From: Methylococcaceae bacterium
GTDB lineage: Bacteria > Pseudomonadota > Gammaproteobacteria > Methylococcales > Methylococcaceae
DNA: 32,000 nt
Direction: 5' to 3'
Assembly: GCA_902812445.1 (NCBI GenBank)
Contig: CADDZF010000010.1
Coordinates: 1-32,000, forward strand
In this document: piece by piece, positions 19,737 through 27,945 of the stretch
Numbering within the stretch: the first letter of the stretch is position 1
Layout of the letters: the number at the start of each line of letters is the position of its first letter
Program-made: the position numbers and the translations under genes
The notes under the pieces: model-generated
What the model saw: only the letters and a program-made list of their open reading frames with translations
What the model was told of the DNA's origin: nothing
Databases searched by the model: none

Positions 19737-21200
19737 CTAGAAGTACCGCGCATTGATCAGGAAATGGGCGGCGATGCTGCCGGCATAGCCGAGAGCGATC
19801 ACCGGCATCCACTTTAGGTGGCTGTTGAAGCTGTAGACTCCCTTGGCCTGGCCGAGAAGTCCCACGCCGGCGGCGGAGCCGATGGCGAGCAGGCTGCCAC
19901 CGACGCCCGCCGTCAATGTAACCAGCAGCCATTGACCTTGAGAGAGGTCCGGATTCATCGTCAATACGGCGAACATGATGGTGCCGTTGTCGATGAACGC
20001 CGAAAAAACGCCGATCAAGATATTGGCCAGGGTAGGATCGATTTCGCCGTAGAGATAGTGCGAGACAAGGTCCAGATAGCCGATGAAGCTCAAGCCGCTG
20101 ACACACATCATCACGCCGTAAAAGAACAGCAACGTATCCCATTCTAGCCGCGAGACGTTGTGGAAGACATCGAACTGCTGATAGCTTTCGTCGATGTAGT
20201 AAGGAATCTCCATTTCGTCCGAATCGGTCATGTGGGCGCCGTTGCGAGCTTCGGCATCCATTCTTGCCTGAGCGGTCTGGCGCAGGTAATAGCTGAAGAA
20301 CTTGATATACGTCAGTCCAGCCAGCATGCCGGCGACCGGCGGCAGATGCAGAAAGTTCTCGAAGCAGACGGCGGTGATGATGGTCAGCAGGAACAGCAGG
20401 ATCACCCGCTTGGCGCCGCGTTTGAGGCGCATAGCTGCGGCCACCGGTTTCGGTTGTTCCCTGGGGATGAAGAAATGCATGATCGCCGCCGGCAGCATGA
20501 AATTGACCAAGGACGGGATCAACAGCGAAAAGAAATCGGCGAAAGGCACCACGCCCTTTTGCCACACCAACAGCGTCGTGATATCGCCGAAAGGACTAAA
20601 GGAACCGCCGGCATTGGTAGCGACCACGACATTCACGCAGGCCGTGGTGACAAAACGCCGATTGTCCTTGCCCATCGCCAGAATCACCGCGCCCATCAGC
20701 AAGGCCGTGGTCAGATTGTTACATACCGCGGAGATCCAGAACGATAAGATGCCGGTAATCCAGAATAATCGGCGATAGCTGAATCCCCTGTTGAGCAGCC
20801 AAACGCGCAGATTCTCAAATACGTTGCGTTCCTCCATCGCATTGAGATAAGTCATCGAGACCATGATGAATAAAAACAGCTCTGCATAGCTTTCCAGGCC
20901 GTTGCGAAACGCCTGCTCGGCGCTGTCATTCATGCCGCCCTGCACGTAGATGGCGGCGATGAATATCCAAATCAGGCTCGCCGCCAGCACCATGGGCTTG
21001 GATTTCCTGAGTTCGGTGATTTCTTCGATCATGGCGAGCAGATAGGCCAGAGCAAAGACGGCCAGCGCAAAGTAACCGACGAAGTGACGGGTCAGATCCA
21101 GCGGCCGCATCGCCTGACTGACCGCCGTGGTCTCGACCGCCCAGGCAAGGTCGGGCAGCGCGCACGCGATGAGCAAAGGCGGCTTGGTGATTCTACGCAT
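19737..21200 (-). CDS. nhaD: NhaD-type Na+/H+ antiporter (ArsB/NhaD permease superfamily)
   Basis: A 487-aa polytopic membrane protein. Its length, N-terminal signal-like segment and overall pattern resemble NhaD antiporters. The call is from recognition only, with no diagnostic motif checked. Confidence 0.65.
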   Translation of the reverse strand: MRRITKPPLLIACALPDLAWAVETTAVSQAMRPLDLTRHFVGYFALAVFALAYLLAMIEEITELRKSKPMVLAASLIWIFIAAIYVQGGMNDSAEQAFRNGLESYAELFLFIMVSMTYLNAMEERNVFENLRVWLLNRGFSYRRLFWITGILSFWISAVCNNLTTALLMGAVILAMGKDNRRFVTTACVNVVVATNAGGSFSPFGDITTLLVWQKGVVPFADFFSLLIPSLVNFMLPAAIMHFFIPREQPKPVAAAMRLKRGAKRVILLFLLTIITAVCFENFLHLPPVAGMLAGLTYIKFFSYYLRQTAQARMDAEARNGAHMTDSDEMEIPYYIDESYQQFDVFHNVSRLEWDTLLFFYGVMMCVSGLSFIGYLDLVSHYLYGEIDPTLANILIGVFSAFIDNGTIMFAVLTMNPDLSQGQWLLVTLTAGVGGSLLAIGSAAGVGLLGQAKGVYSFNSHLKWMPVIALGYAGSIAAHFLINARYF

Positions 21201-21436
21201 GGTTGATCCTCTAAGAGCGAAAGCCTAAGGACTCTGACGAGAGCTGTTTTTGTGCGCCTATTGAACCTGAGCAGCATAGCATGCTTAGCGTCCTCGCAAA
21301 CTGCGCGGACGCCGCCTGAGGCCCCATTGGCAGAGCGTCCCATCTGCCATGGGATTTAGCCGTGGGGACTCGAAAATGTGACAACGCTTCAAGAAGACCA
21401 TGGGGATTCAGTTGTTACTCCGGACATCGATCAAGC

Positions 21437-21442
21437 TATAAT
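21437..21442 (+). promoter_or_regulatory. Possible -10 hexamer (TATAAT) for the methyltransferase gene
   Basis: A perfect TATAAT lies 73 nt upstream of the ATG at 21515. TTACTC sits 16 nt upstream as a weak -35. Confidence 0.25.
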
Positions 21443-21514
21443 GGCGCCGTTGCACTAGAGAACCTTAAAAAATACAAAAGCTTGTCTCCTGCCAGACAAG
21501 GAAGAGGAAATAAT

Positions 21515-22129
21515 ATGCAAGTGGACTCCATTCTCAAATCCTATGCGCGCTATGCTCCGGTTTATGACCATACGTTCGGCTGGCTATTGAGCTTTCGTGG
21601 GCGCTCCATGGCCGCCGGCGTCGCCAACAAGCGTCCGGGCGAGATACTCGAAGTAGGCGTGGGCACCGGCATCAGTCTCGCCTATTATCGCAAGGAACAC
21701 CGGGTTTACGGGGTCGATATATCGCCGCACATGCTGGCCAGAGCGAAGAAACGGGTCGCGCAAAAACAATTGGCGCAGGTCGCCAGCCTCGAAATCATGG
21801 ATGCGCGTGAGATGAGCTTTGCCGACAACACCTTTGATTCGGTTGTGGCCGCTTATGTGATGTCGGTCGTACCCGAGCCGCGCAAGGTGATCTGCGAAAT
21901 TGAACGGGTGTGCAAACCGGGCGGCAATGTCATCATCGTTAATCACTTCGCCGCCGAGAAAGGCCTCAGGCGCACCGTCGAACGCATGCTGGCCCCACTC
22001 TCGGACAAGATCGGCTGGCGCGCCGATATGCGGCTCGATGAGATCCTCGCAAACACGTCGATGCGCGAAGTCAAGCGCTACAAGCTGCCGCCTCTTGGCA
22101 TGTTCACGATGCTGCATCTGAAAAAATAG
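21515..22129 (+). CDS. Class I SAM-dependent methyltransferase, resembling Rhodobacter-type phospholipid N-methyltransferase (PmtA)
   Basis: SAM motif I ILEVGVGTGISL, plus YARYAPVYDHTFG and VNHFAAEKG...GWR...PPLGMFTMLHLKK. About 204 aa from the ATG at 21515, which has GGAAGAGGAAA upstream. The PmtA resemblance is from memory of that family and was not aligned. Confidence 0.6.
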   Translation: MQVDSILKSYARYAPVYDHTFGWLLSFRGRSMAAGVANKRPGEILEVGVGTGISLAYYRKEHRVYGVDISPHMLARAKKRVAQKQLAQVASLEIMDAREMSFADNTFDSVVAAYVMSVVPEPRKVICEIERVCKPGGNVIIVNHFAAEKGLRRTVERMLAPLSDKIGWRADMRLDEILANTSMREVKRYKLPPLGMFTMLHLKK

Positions 22130-22272
22130 CTTAGGGCCCCTTAGCCTCAACGCGCGAACACGCAAGGCTGCCTCCCGCGCGGCCCGGCGCACCCGCGCGT
22201 CGTTTACCTTCCCGGCGCTGGAGTGATACAATTTTTTACCACAGCCATTGACCCACCCCTTCAGTCAGACGG

Positions 22273-23034
22273 ATGCCCGTTAACCCGAGAGAACAGACCG
22301 CACACTCTGCCGTAATGGAACTCAAGGGGGGGTCTATCACACTGCCCGTGCTCAAACTGCTGAGCTCGGATATGCAACGGGTCCAAGATCAGCTGAAGCT
22401 GAAAATCCATCAAGCGCCGGCTTTTTTTCACAATGCGCACATCGTGGTCGATCTTCATGACCTAGCCGCGGGCCATGGCGATCTTGACTTTCCTGCACTG
22501 CTCGGATTATTGCGCAATCTGACCCTCATCCCGATAGGCATCCGGGGTGGCAATGAACAGCACCATCGCGCAGCGCAAGCGGTGGGACTCGCTGTCTTGG
22601 CGGATGGCAGCTACGAAGCCGGCACGTCGCCACCGGCGAGACTATCGCCGCAAGGCGCAGCCAAAGCGCCGGCCCCGAGCCGTTTAATCGATCATCCCGT
22701 ACGCTCGGGCCAACGGGTGTACGCCGCGGGCGGCGATCTCATCATCCTGTCGCAAGTCAGTCCTGGGGCGGAAATCATGGCCGATGGCAATATCCACATC
22801 TACGGTACGCTGCGCGGGCGTGCTCTGGCGGGCGTCAAAGGCGATCAGCAAAGCCGGATTTTTTGCATGGACCTGCAGGCTGAACTGGTTTCCATCGCCG
22901 GACACTATCGCATCAGCGAAAATCTGGACGACTCGGCGCGCGGTAAACCGGTGCAGATTTATTTTCTGAACGATTCGCTGATGATTGAAGACTTGTCAAT
23001 ACCGGCAAGGCAGACTCATCACGGGAGGACGTGA
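22273..23034 (+). CDS. minC: Septum site-determining protein MinC
   Basis: The C-terminal domain LIDHPVRSGQRVYAAGGDLIILSQVSPGAEIMADGNIHIYGTLRGRALAGVKGD...IFCMDLQAELVSIAGHY closely parallels E. coli MinC. The N-terminal start (22273 or 22315) is uncertain. Confidence 0.9.
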   Translation: MPVNPREQTAHSAVMELKGGSITLPVLKLLSSDMQRVQDQLKLKIHQAPAFFHNAHIVVDLHDLAAGHGDLDFPALLGLLRNLTLIPIGIRGGNEQHHRAAQAVGLAVLADGSYEAGTSPPARLSPQGAAKAPAPSRLIDHPVRSGQRVYAAGGDLIILSQVSPGAEIMADGNIHIYGTLRGRALAGVKGDQQSRIFCMDLQAELVSIAGHYRISENLDDSARGKPVQIYFLNDSLMIEDLSIPARQTHHGRT

Positions 23035-23036
23035 AG

Positions 23037-23846
23037 TTGGCAAGAATCATCGTAGTGACGTCAGGCAAAGGCGGCGTTGGGAAAACGACCACCAGCGCCG
23101 CGATCGCCATGGGACTGGCGAAAAAAGGGCATCGCACGGCGGTGATCGATTTCGACGTCGGTCTGCGCAATCTCGATCTGATCATGGGTTGCGAGCGGCG
23201 GGTGGTTTATGATTTTGTCAACGTCATCAATGAAGAGGCTTCGATCAACCAAGCGTTGATACGGGACAAACGCAGCGAAAACCTATTCATTCTGCCTGCC
23301 TCGCAGACCCGCGACAAAGACTCGCTGACCAAAGAAGGTGTCGGCAGAGTGCTCGGCGCGCTGTCCGAGACCTTCGACTATGTCGTTTGCGATTCCCCGG
23401 CGGGCATCGAAAAAGGCGCCACTCTCGCCATGTACTATGCCGACGACGCCATCATCGTCACCAATCCGGAAGTGTCCTCGGTGCGCGATTCGGATCGCAT
23501 GCTCGGCATCCTCGCCAGCAAATCGCGCCGAGCCGAGACCGCCGCCGAGCCGATCAAGGAATACCTGCTTTTGACCCGCTACTCACCGGAGCGCGTCAGA
23601 CTCGGTGAAATGCTGAGCGTCAACGATGTACAGGAAATCCTGTCGCTGCACCTGCTCGGCGTGATTCCGGACTCCAAGGCGGTACTCAATGCTTCCAACG
23701 CGGGTACGCCAGTCATCCTGGACGATAAGAGTGATGCCGGGCAGGCTTATGCGGACGTCGTGGCCCGCTACTTAGGTGAAGAGGTGCCGCATCGCTTTAT
23801 CGAGTTCCAGAAAAGAACCTTGTTCGGACGACTGTTTGGAGGTTGA
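23037..23846 (+). CDS. minD: Septum site-determining ATPase MinD
   Basis: ARIIVVTSGKGGVGKTT (deviant Walker A) and DSPAGIE. The C-terminus ends in an amphipathic RTLFGRLFGG. The preferred start is TTG at 23037, 7 nt after GGGAGGA. The track start, GTG at 23031, is only 1 nt from that RBS. Confidence 0.92.
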   Translation: MARIIVVTSGKGGVGKTTTSAAIAMGLAKKGHRTAVIDFDVGLRNLDLIMGCERRVVYDFVNVINEEASINQALIRDKRSENLFILPASQTRDKDSLTKEGVGRVLGALSETFDYVVCDSPAGIEKGATLAMYYADDAIIVTNPEVSSVRDSDRMLGILASKSRRAETAAEPIKEYLLLTRYSPERVRLGEMLSVNDVQEILSLHLLGVIPDSKAVLNASNAGTPVILDDKSDAGQAYADVVARYLGEEVPHRFIEFQKRTLFGRLFGG

Positions 23847-23850
23847 CGCC

Positions 23851-24129
23851 ATGAACTTGCTTGATTACTTCCGAAAGTCACGACACTCGAGCGCCTCCAT
23901 CGCCAAAGAACGCCTGCAGATCCTGGTAGCGCACGAGCGCGCAGCACGCAACAAGCCCGATTACCTGCCCAAGCTGCAGAAAGAATTGCTGGAAGTCATC
24001 CGCAAGTACGTGCAGGTTGATCTGGACGCCATCTCGGTTACCATGGAGCAGGATGATAAGCGCGAGGTTCTCGAATTGAATATCGTCTTGCCGGATGATA
24101 GAGAGCGAAAACCGGTACAGCAGTTCTGA
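23851..24129 (+). CDS. minE: Cell division topological specificity factor MinE
   Basis: MNLLDYFRKSR...ASIAKERLQILVAHER...YLPKLQKELLEVIRKYVQVD...LELNIVLP parallels E. coli MinE. The ATG at 23851 follows GGAGG. Confidence 0.92.
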   Translation: MNLLDYFRKSRHSSASIAKERLQILVAHERAARNKPDYLPKLQKELLEVIRKYVQVDLDAISVTMEQDDKREVLELNIVLPDDRERKPVQQF

Positions 24130-24196
24130 CGGTTAAAATGATTTTTTACAATCGCCTTGAGGCGTTTATTCAGTAATTGATTGATGGAGCTTGAGC

Positions 24197-24559
24197 ATGA
24201 TGAAAGAAACCAAGGCAAAGAATTCAAGGACGGAAAAAGCGGAGACGTCCGCACCGCTAAAAGCCAAAGAAGTCAAGACCGAAGCCCCCCGGAAGGAAGT
24301 CAAGCCGGAAGCTCCCCGAAAGGAAGCGGCCAGGGAAGCTGTCAAAGCAGAAGATCTCGGTGGGCAGATCGGCGAAGCTGCGGGCTTGGTCTGGCATTAT
24401 CTTAAGGATCACGGCGCGACAAGCGCGAGCAAGCTAAGCGAAGGCACAAACCTCGATCGAGACAGCGTGCAAAGAGCGATCGGCTGGCTGGCCCGGGAAG
24501 GCAAGGTTGCGATCGAGCGCCGGGGACGGAACGACTGTTTTGCGCTAGCCAATCCATAG
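24197..24559 (+). CDS. Winged-helix protein (DUF2582-like) with a Lys/Pro/Glu-rich repeat N-terminal tail
   Basis: The C-terminal part IGEAAGLVWHYLKDHGATSASKLSEGTNLDRDSVQRAIGWLAREGKV fits the DUF2582 wHTH pattern. The tail carries KEVKTEAPRKEVKPEAPRKE. The ATG at 24197 follows GGAG. Confidence 0.6.
   Translation: MMKETKAKNSRTEKAETSAPLKAKEVKTEAPRKEVKPEAPRKEAAREAVKAEDLGGQIGEAAGLVWHYLKDHGATSASKLSEGTNLDRDSVQRAIGWLAREGKVAIERRGRNDCFALANP
24269..24322 (+). repeat. Two tandem 27-nt coding repeats (GAAGTCAAGnCCGAAGCnCCCCGnAAG)
   Basis: 24269-24295 and 24296-24322 are near-identical apart from one single-base indel and two substitutions (about 89% identity). They encode EVKTEAPRK and EVKPEAPRK. Confidence 0.8.
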
Positions 24560-24573
24560 CAGCCGGCTCCGGC

Positions 24574-25098
24574 CTATTGCTGAGGGCTGCTGCAAACAGG
24601 AGGGAGCGAGTGCTTTTTCGGGAAATCGATAAACGCAACCTTCCCGCTGCCCTCCACCACTTTCTTCCATGACGTAACGGGGAACTTCAACGAGATGATG
24701 CCGCAGGTCGGAATATCTTCGATGGGCTGATCGGCCAAGCGGTTTGCCAGATCCGTTAGATCGGGATTGTGCCCGACTAGGATGACGCATGCCTGGTGAT
24801 CGCCTACTGCGTTGACAAGATCGATCAAGCCACCCGCTCCAGCCCTATAAACAGCGTCCCGAATCGCGATTTCGCGCGCGGCGAAATCGAGTTCGCCGGC
24901 AATCATCTCGGCCGTCTTGCGCGCTCTTTTGGCGGGGCTCGAAATGATGAGATCGGGCTTGATCCGCATTTCCCTCAGGCGCTTTCCCATGAAGGGCGCA
25001 TCCCTTTTACCGCGTTTGTTCAATGGGCGGTCGATATCAGCCACGCTCGCCTCTTTCCAGCTCGATTTGCCGTGCCGGACCAGAATCAGGTTTCTCAT
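24574..25098 (-). CDS. Histidine phosphatase family protein (SixA-like phosphohistidine phosphatase)
   Basis: The N-terminal catalytic motif LILVRHGKS (RHG), a later VGHNP (His), and a size of 174 aa are typical of SixA-branch proteins. Confidence 0.75.
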   Translation of the reverse strand: MRNLILVRHGKSSWKEASVADIDRPLNKRGKRDAPFMGKRLREMRIKPDLIISSPAKRARKTAEMIAGELDFAAREIAIRDAVYRAGAGGLIDLVNAVGDHQACVILVGHNPDLTDLANRLADQPIEDIPTCGIISLKFPVTSWKKVVEGSGKVAFIDFPKKHSLPPVCSSPQQ

Positions 25099-25334
25099 TA
25101 CTCACCTCTATGACCAATCGTCAAAAGAATCTCTCCAATGATTTGGATAGCCCCGGCCCGGCATCGTCTAACGCCGTTAAAACGGCCGATAACAAATGAT
25201 GACGAATTGCCTGCATTGGAACAAGCCGATTCTGGAGAGCCTTTTCGCAACTGTGATAGAGTGGTCCCACGGCAGAGGAAGACGCCCTTGCCGCAGCACA
25301 CAAATCCACGGCAACCGCTCTCACGAGGAAAGGC

Positions 25335-26081
25335 ATGGAATTCTTCAGGAACCGCTTTTTCCGGCAGCTCGCGAGCAGCCTGCTCAACCTCCTTCCGATT
25401 GTCACCGTCATCCTGGTATTTCAGATCTTAATCATCCAGGCGCCTGTTCCAGATGCGGCACGCCTGCTGGTGGGCATGCTGCTGGTCGTCCTCGGGCTCG
25501 GCTTTTTCATGCAAGGTCTCGAACAAGGATTGTTTCCGATCGGCGAGGCAATCGCGCACGCGTTCGCCCGTAAAGGCAGCTTGCTCTGGCTGCTGATTTT
25601 CGGATTTACCCTGGGCTTTGGCACCACCGTCGCGGAGCCTGCGCTGATCGCCATCGCTCAGCAAGCCGCTTCCATCGCCGCGGACGGCGGCATGATTTCA
25701 GCGACCGCCGCGGCAAAAGCCAGCTACGCGCTCGGGCTACGGATCACCATCGCCCTGTCGGTCGGCTTCGCCGTCATGATCGGCGTACTGCGCATTGTCT
25801 TCGGCTGGCCGCTGCCCTACGTCATCATCGCCGGTTATTGCGGCGTGATCCTGATGACACTGTTCGCGCCACCGGAAGTGATCGGTATCGCTTATGATTC
25901 GGGCGGCGTCACCACGTCGACCATCACGGTGCCCCTGGTCACCGCGCTCGGTGTGGGATTAGCTTCCGCCATCAAGGGTCGAAACCCAATGATCGACGGC
26001 TTTGGTCTCATCGCTTTTGCCTCGCTAACTCCCATGATATTCGTCATGGGCTACGGAGCTTTCATTAAATGGAATGGCTGA
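25335..26081 (+). CDS. DUF1538-like polytopic membrane protein, paralog A
   Basis: A hydrophobic 248-aa protein with the motifs [15 protein letters not shown] and [27 protein letters not shown]. It is clearly paralogous to the next gene. Its end overlaps the next ATG by 13 nt. Confidence 0.75.
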   Translation: MEFFRNRFFRQLASSLLNLLPIVTVILVFQILIIQAPVPDAARLLVGMLLVVLGLGFFMQGLEQGLFPIGEAIAHAFARKGSLLWLLIFGFTLGFGTTVAEPALIAIAQQAASIAADGGMISATAAAKASYALGLRITIALSVGFAVMIGVLRIVFGWPLPYVIIAGYCGVILMTLFAPPEVIGIAYDSGGVTTSTITVPLVTALGVGLASAIKGRNPMIDGFGLIAFASLTPMIFVMGYGAFIKWNG

Positions 26082-26839
26082 GCCATCTGTGGGCGACGGG
26101 CCTGGGTACCGTCCGCGATGTATTGCCCATAGCCGGCATTATCCTCACTTTCCAGCTACTGGTAATCCGCAAGCCCGTTGCCAACCCGAAAAGGGTACTG
26201 ACCGGCTTTGTCTATGTGTTGATCGGCATCGCCTTGTTTCTGGAAGGACTCGAAATGGCGCTGTTTCCGCTCGGCAAATTGATGGCGCAGCAATTGACCG
26301 ATCCTGTCTTTATCGGCGCCAATTCGGTGGCAGGACACGTCCAGTGGCAAGCCTATTTTTGGGTCTACATTTTCGCCGCGTGCATCGGCTTCTCCTCCGC
26401 GCTGGCGGAACCTTCCCTGATCGCCGTGGCGCTGAAGGCCGAAGAGATCTCGGGCGGGGCGATCAAGGCTACGGGCCTCCGCCTGGCCGTCGCTCTCGGC
26501 GCCGCGCTCGGCATAGCATTGGGCACCTACCGTATCGTGACCGGCACTGCGCTGTATATTTACATCATCGCGGGCTATATCATCGTGATCGTGCAGACGG
26601 CATACTCGCCCAGAGTGATCGTCGGCCTCGCATACGATTCGGGCGGCGTCACTACCTCGACGGTTACCGTGCCTTTGGTCACGGCGCTTGGCATCGGCCT
26701 CGCATCGAGTGTACCGGGCCGGAGCCCGCTCCTCGACGGATTTGGCCTGATTGCGTTCACCTGTCTTTTCCCTATAATCAGCGTTCTCGCCTATTCGCAG
26801 ATTGCCGCGTGGCGCGCCAGGCGCGTCCGCTCGGTATAA
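26069..26839 (+). CDS. DUF1538-like polytopic membrane protein, paralog B
   Basis: It shares [42 protein letters not shown] and DGFGLIAF blocks with paralog A. 256 aa. Confidence 0.75.
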   Translation: MEWLSHLWATGLGTVRDVLPIAGIILTFQLLVIRKPVANPKRVLTGFVYVLIGIALFLEGLEMALFPLGKLMAQQLTDPVFIGANSVAGHVQWQAYFWVYIFAACIGFSSALAEPSLIAVALKAEEISGGAIKATGLRLAVALGAALGIALGTYRIVTGTALYIYIIAGYIIVIVQTAYSPRVIVGLAYDSGGVTTSTVTVPLVTALGIGLASSVPGRSPLLDGFGLIAFTCLFPIISVLAYSQIAAWRARRVRSV

Positions 26840-26859
26840 ACCGATGAGGAAACATAGTC

Positions 26860-27210
26860 ATGCGTTTCAAACTGATCATCGTATTTGTTGAAGACAGCAA
26901 GACCGACCTGATCATGGACGCCGCCCGCGAGCACGGCGCCACCGGTGCCACCGTCATCAGCAATGCCCGGGGAGAAGGTGTCAAACAGGCACGGACGTTT
27001 TTTGGCCTTACTCTTGAAACCCAGCGCGATGTCCTTCTGTTGCTGGTCGAAGAGCACCTGAGCAGGACCATTCTCGAAGCGATAGCGCGAGTCGCCGAAT
27101 TCGACGAGAAATCAGGCACGGGCATCGCGTTCCAGGTCGATGTCGAAGATGCCATCGGCGTCTTTCACCAAGTAGAAAAACTCGTTCCTGTGGTCGAGGA
27201 AGAAATATGA
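26860..27210 (+). CDS. PII-like signal-transduction protein (non-canonical, short T-loop)
   Basis: MRFKLIIVFVEDSKTDLIMDAAREHGATGATVISNARGEG... has a PII-type beta-alpha-beta layout, and GTGIAFQVDV stands in place of the GDGKIFV B-loop. The loop GEGVKQARTFFGLTLETQ is shorter than in GlnB and has no Tyr. The RBS GAGGAA lies upstream. Confidence 0.65.
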   Translation: MRFKLIIVFVEDSKTDLIMDAAREHGATGATVISNARGEGVKQARTFFGLTLETQRDVLLLLVEEHLSRTILEAIARVAEFDEKSGTGIAFQVDVEDAIGVFHQVEKLVPVVEEEI

Positions 27211-27614
27211 ATGAAAGAAAAGCGGTCATACGGGTTCGCGATGTCATGAAAACCGATTTCGGCACGATTGACGGTATCGCGACCGTCAGCGAAGCATTGA
27301 AAAAAATGAAATCGCTCAGCACCTCGGTGCTCGTCGTCAATAAACGCCACGCTGACGATGAGTTTGGTCTGATCACTTCAGCAGATATCGCCCGCCATGT
27401 ACTGGCCAAAGATCGCGCGCCCGAGCGCGTCAACGTTTACGAGATCATGAGCAAGCCGGTCATTTCGGTACACCCGGACATGGATATCCGCTATTGCTCC
27501 CGCCTGTTCGCTATGCACAATCTGGTGCGTGTCCCGGTCCTGGACGGGCGAAACGTCGTTGGCATGGTCAGTCCCAACGCTCTGGTGCTGGACGGCCTGT
27601 ATAAACTCTGCTGA
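27207..27614 (+). CDS. Stand-alone CBS-pair domain protein
   Basis: Two CBS motifs are present: VRDVMKTDFGTIDGIATVSEALKKM...LVV...GLITSADI, and VYEIMSKPVISVHPDMDIRYCSRLFAMHNLVRVPVLDGRNVVGMVS. The start overlaps the stop of the PII-like gene (ATGA). Confidence 0.85.
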   Translation: MNERKAVIRVRDVMKTDFGTIDGIATVSEALKKMKSLSTSVLVVNKRHADDEFGLITSADIARHVLAKDRAPERVNVYEIMSKPVISVHPDMDIRYCSRLFAMHNLVRVPVLDGRNVVGMVSPNALVLDGLYKLC

Positions 27615-27945
27615 TTTCCCTCTGGCGTCTGCAACCGCGTCGGTTATCAAGTCCCGTGCCGATGGCAAGACTCACTGGCAAACCGATGAGGACTCTGCCA
27701 TCCGCCCAGACACCGCATCCTCCGCGCACCCATAAGCGGACACGCAGCGCTCCACATTGCTAAGCCTTTTGCTAGGACAGCCGCGCCGGAGTGGCGGCAA
27801 GGCGATGAAATCCCCTCATAGCCGACCAAGCCACCATCGGTTTACCCGAGTAGGCAGTGCTGCACGCGATCAGCCAAGTCTGGGTTTGGCGGGGTGGCCC
27901 ATGTTTTATTGTGATTGAATAATTTTACCGGAGGACGATACCACT

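Noticed and set aside
24560-24573. A 14-bp spacer (CAGCCGGCTCCGGC) containing a GCCGG/CCGGC palindrome, between the convergent wHTH and SixA-like genes.
   Set aside because: The stem is only 5 bp with a 2-nt loop and no U-tract, which is too weak to call a terminator.
25173-25186. The hairpin or palindrome GCCGTTAAAACGGC in the divergent region between the SixA-like gene and the DUF1538 operon.
   Set aside because: It is a 6-bp stem with a 2-nt loop and occurs once. It could be an operator, but there is no supporting evidence. I recognised no known riboswitch signature in the 236-bp leader.
26074-26847. A 257-aa ORF in an alternative plus-strand frame across DUF1538 paralog B.
   Set aside because: Its translation is extremely Arg/Pro/Gly-rich. 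The other frame gives a hydrophobic protein clearly paralogous to the upstream gene.
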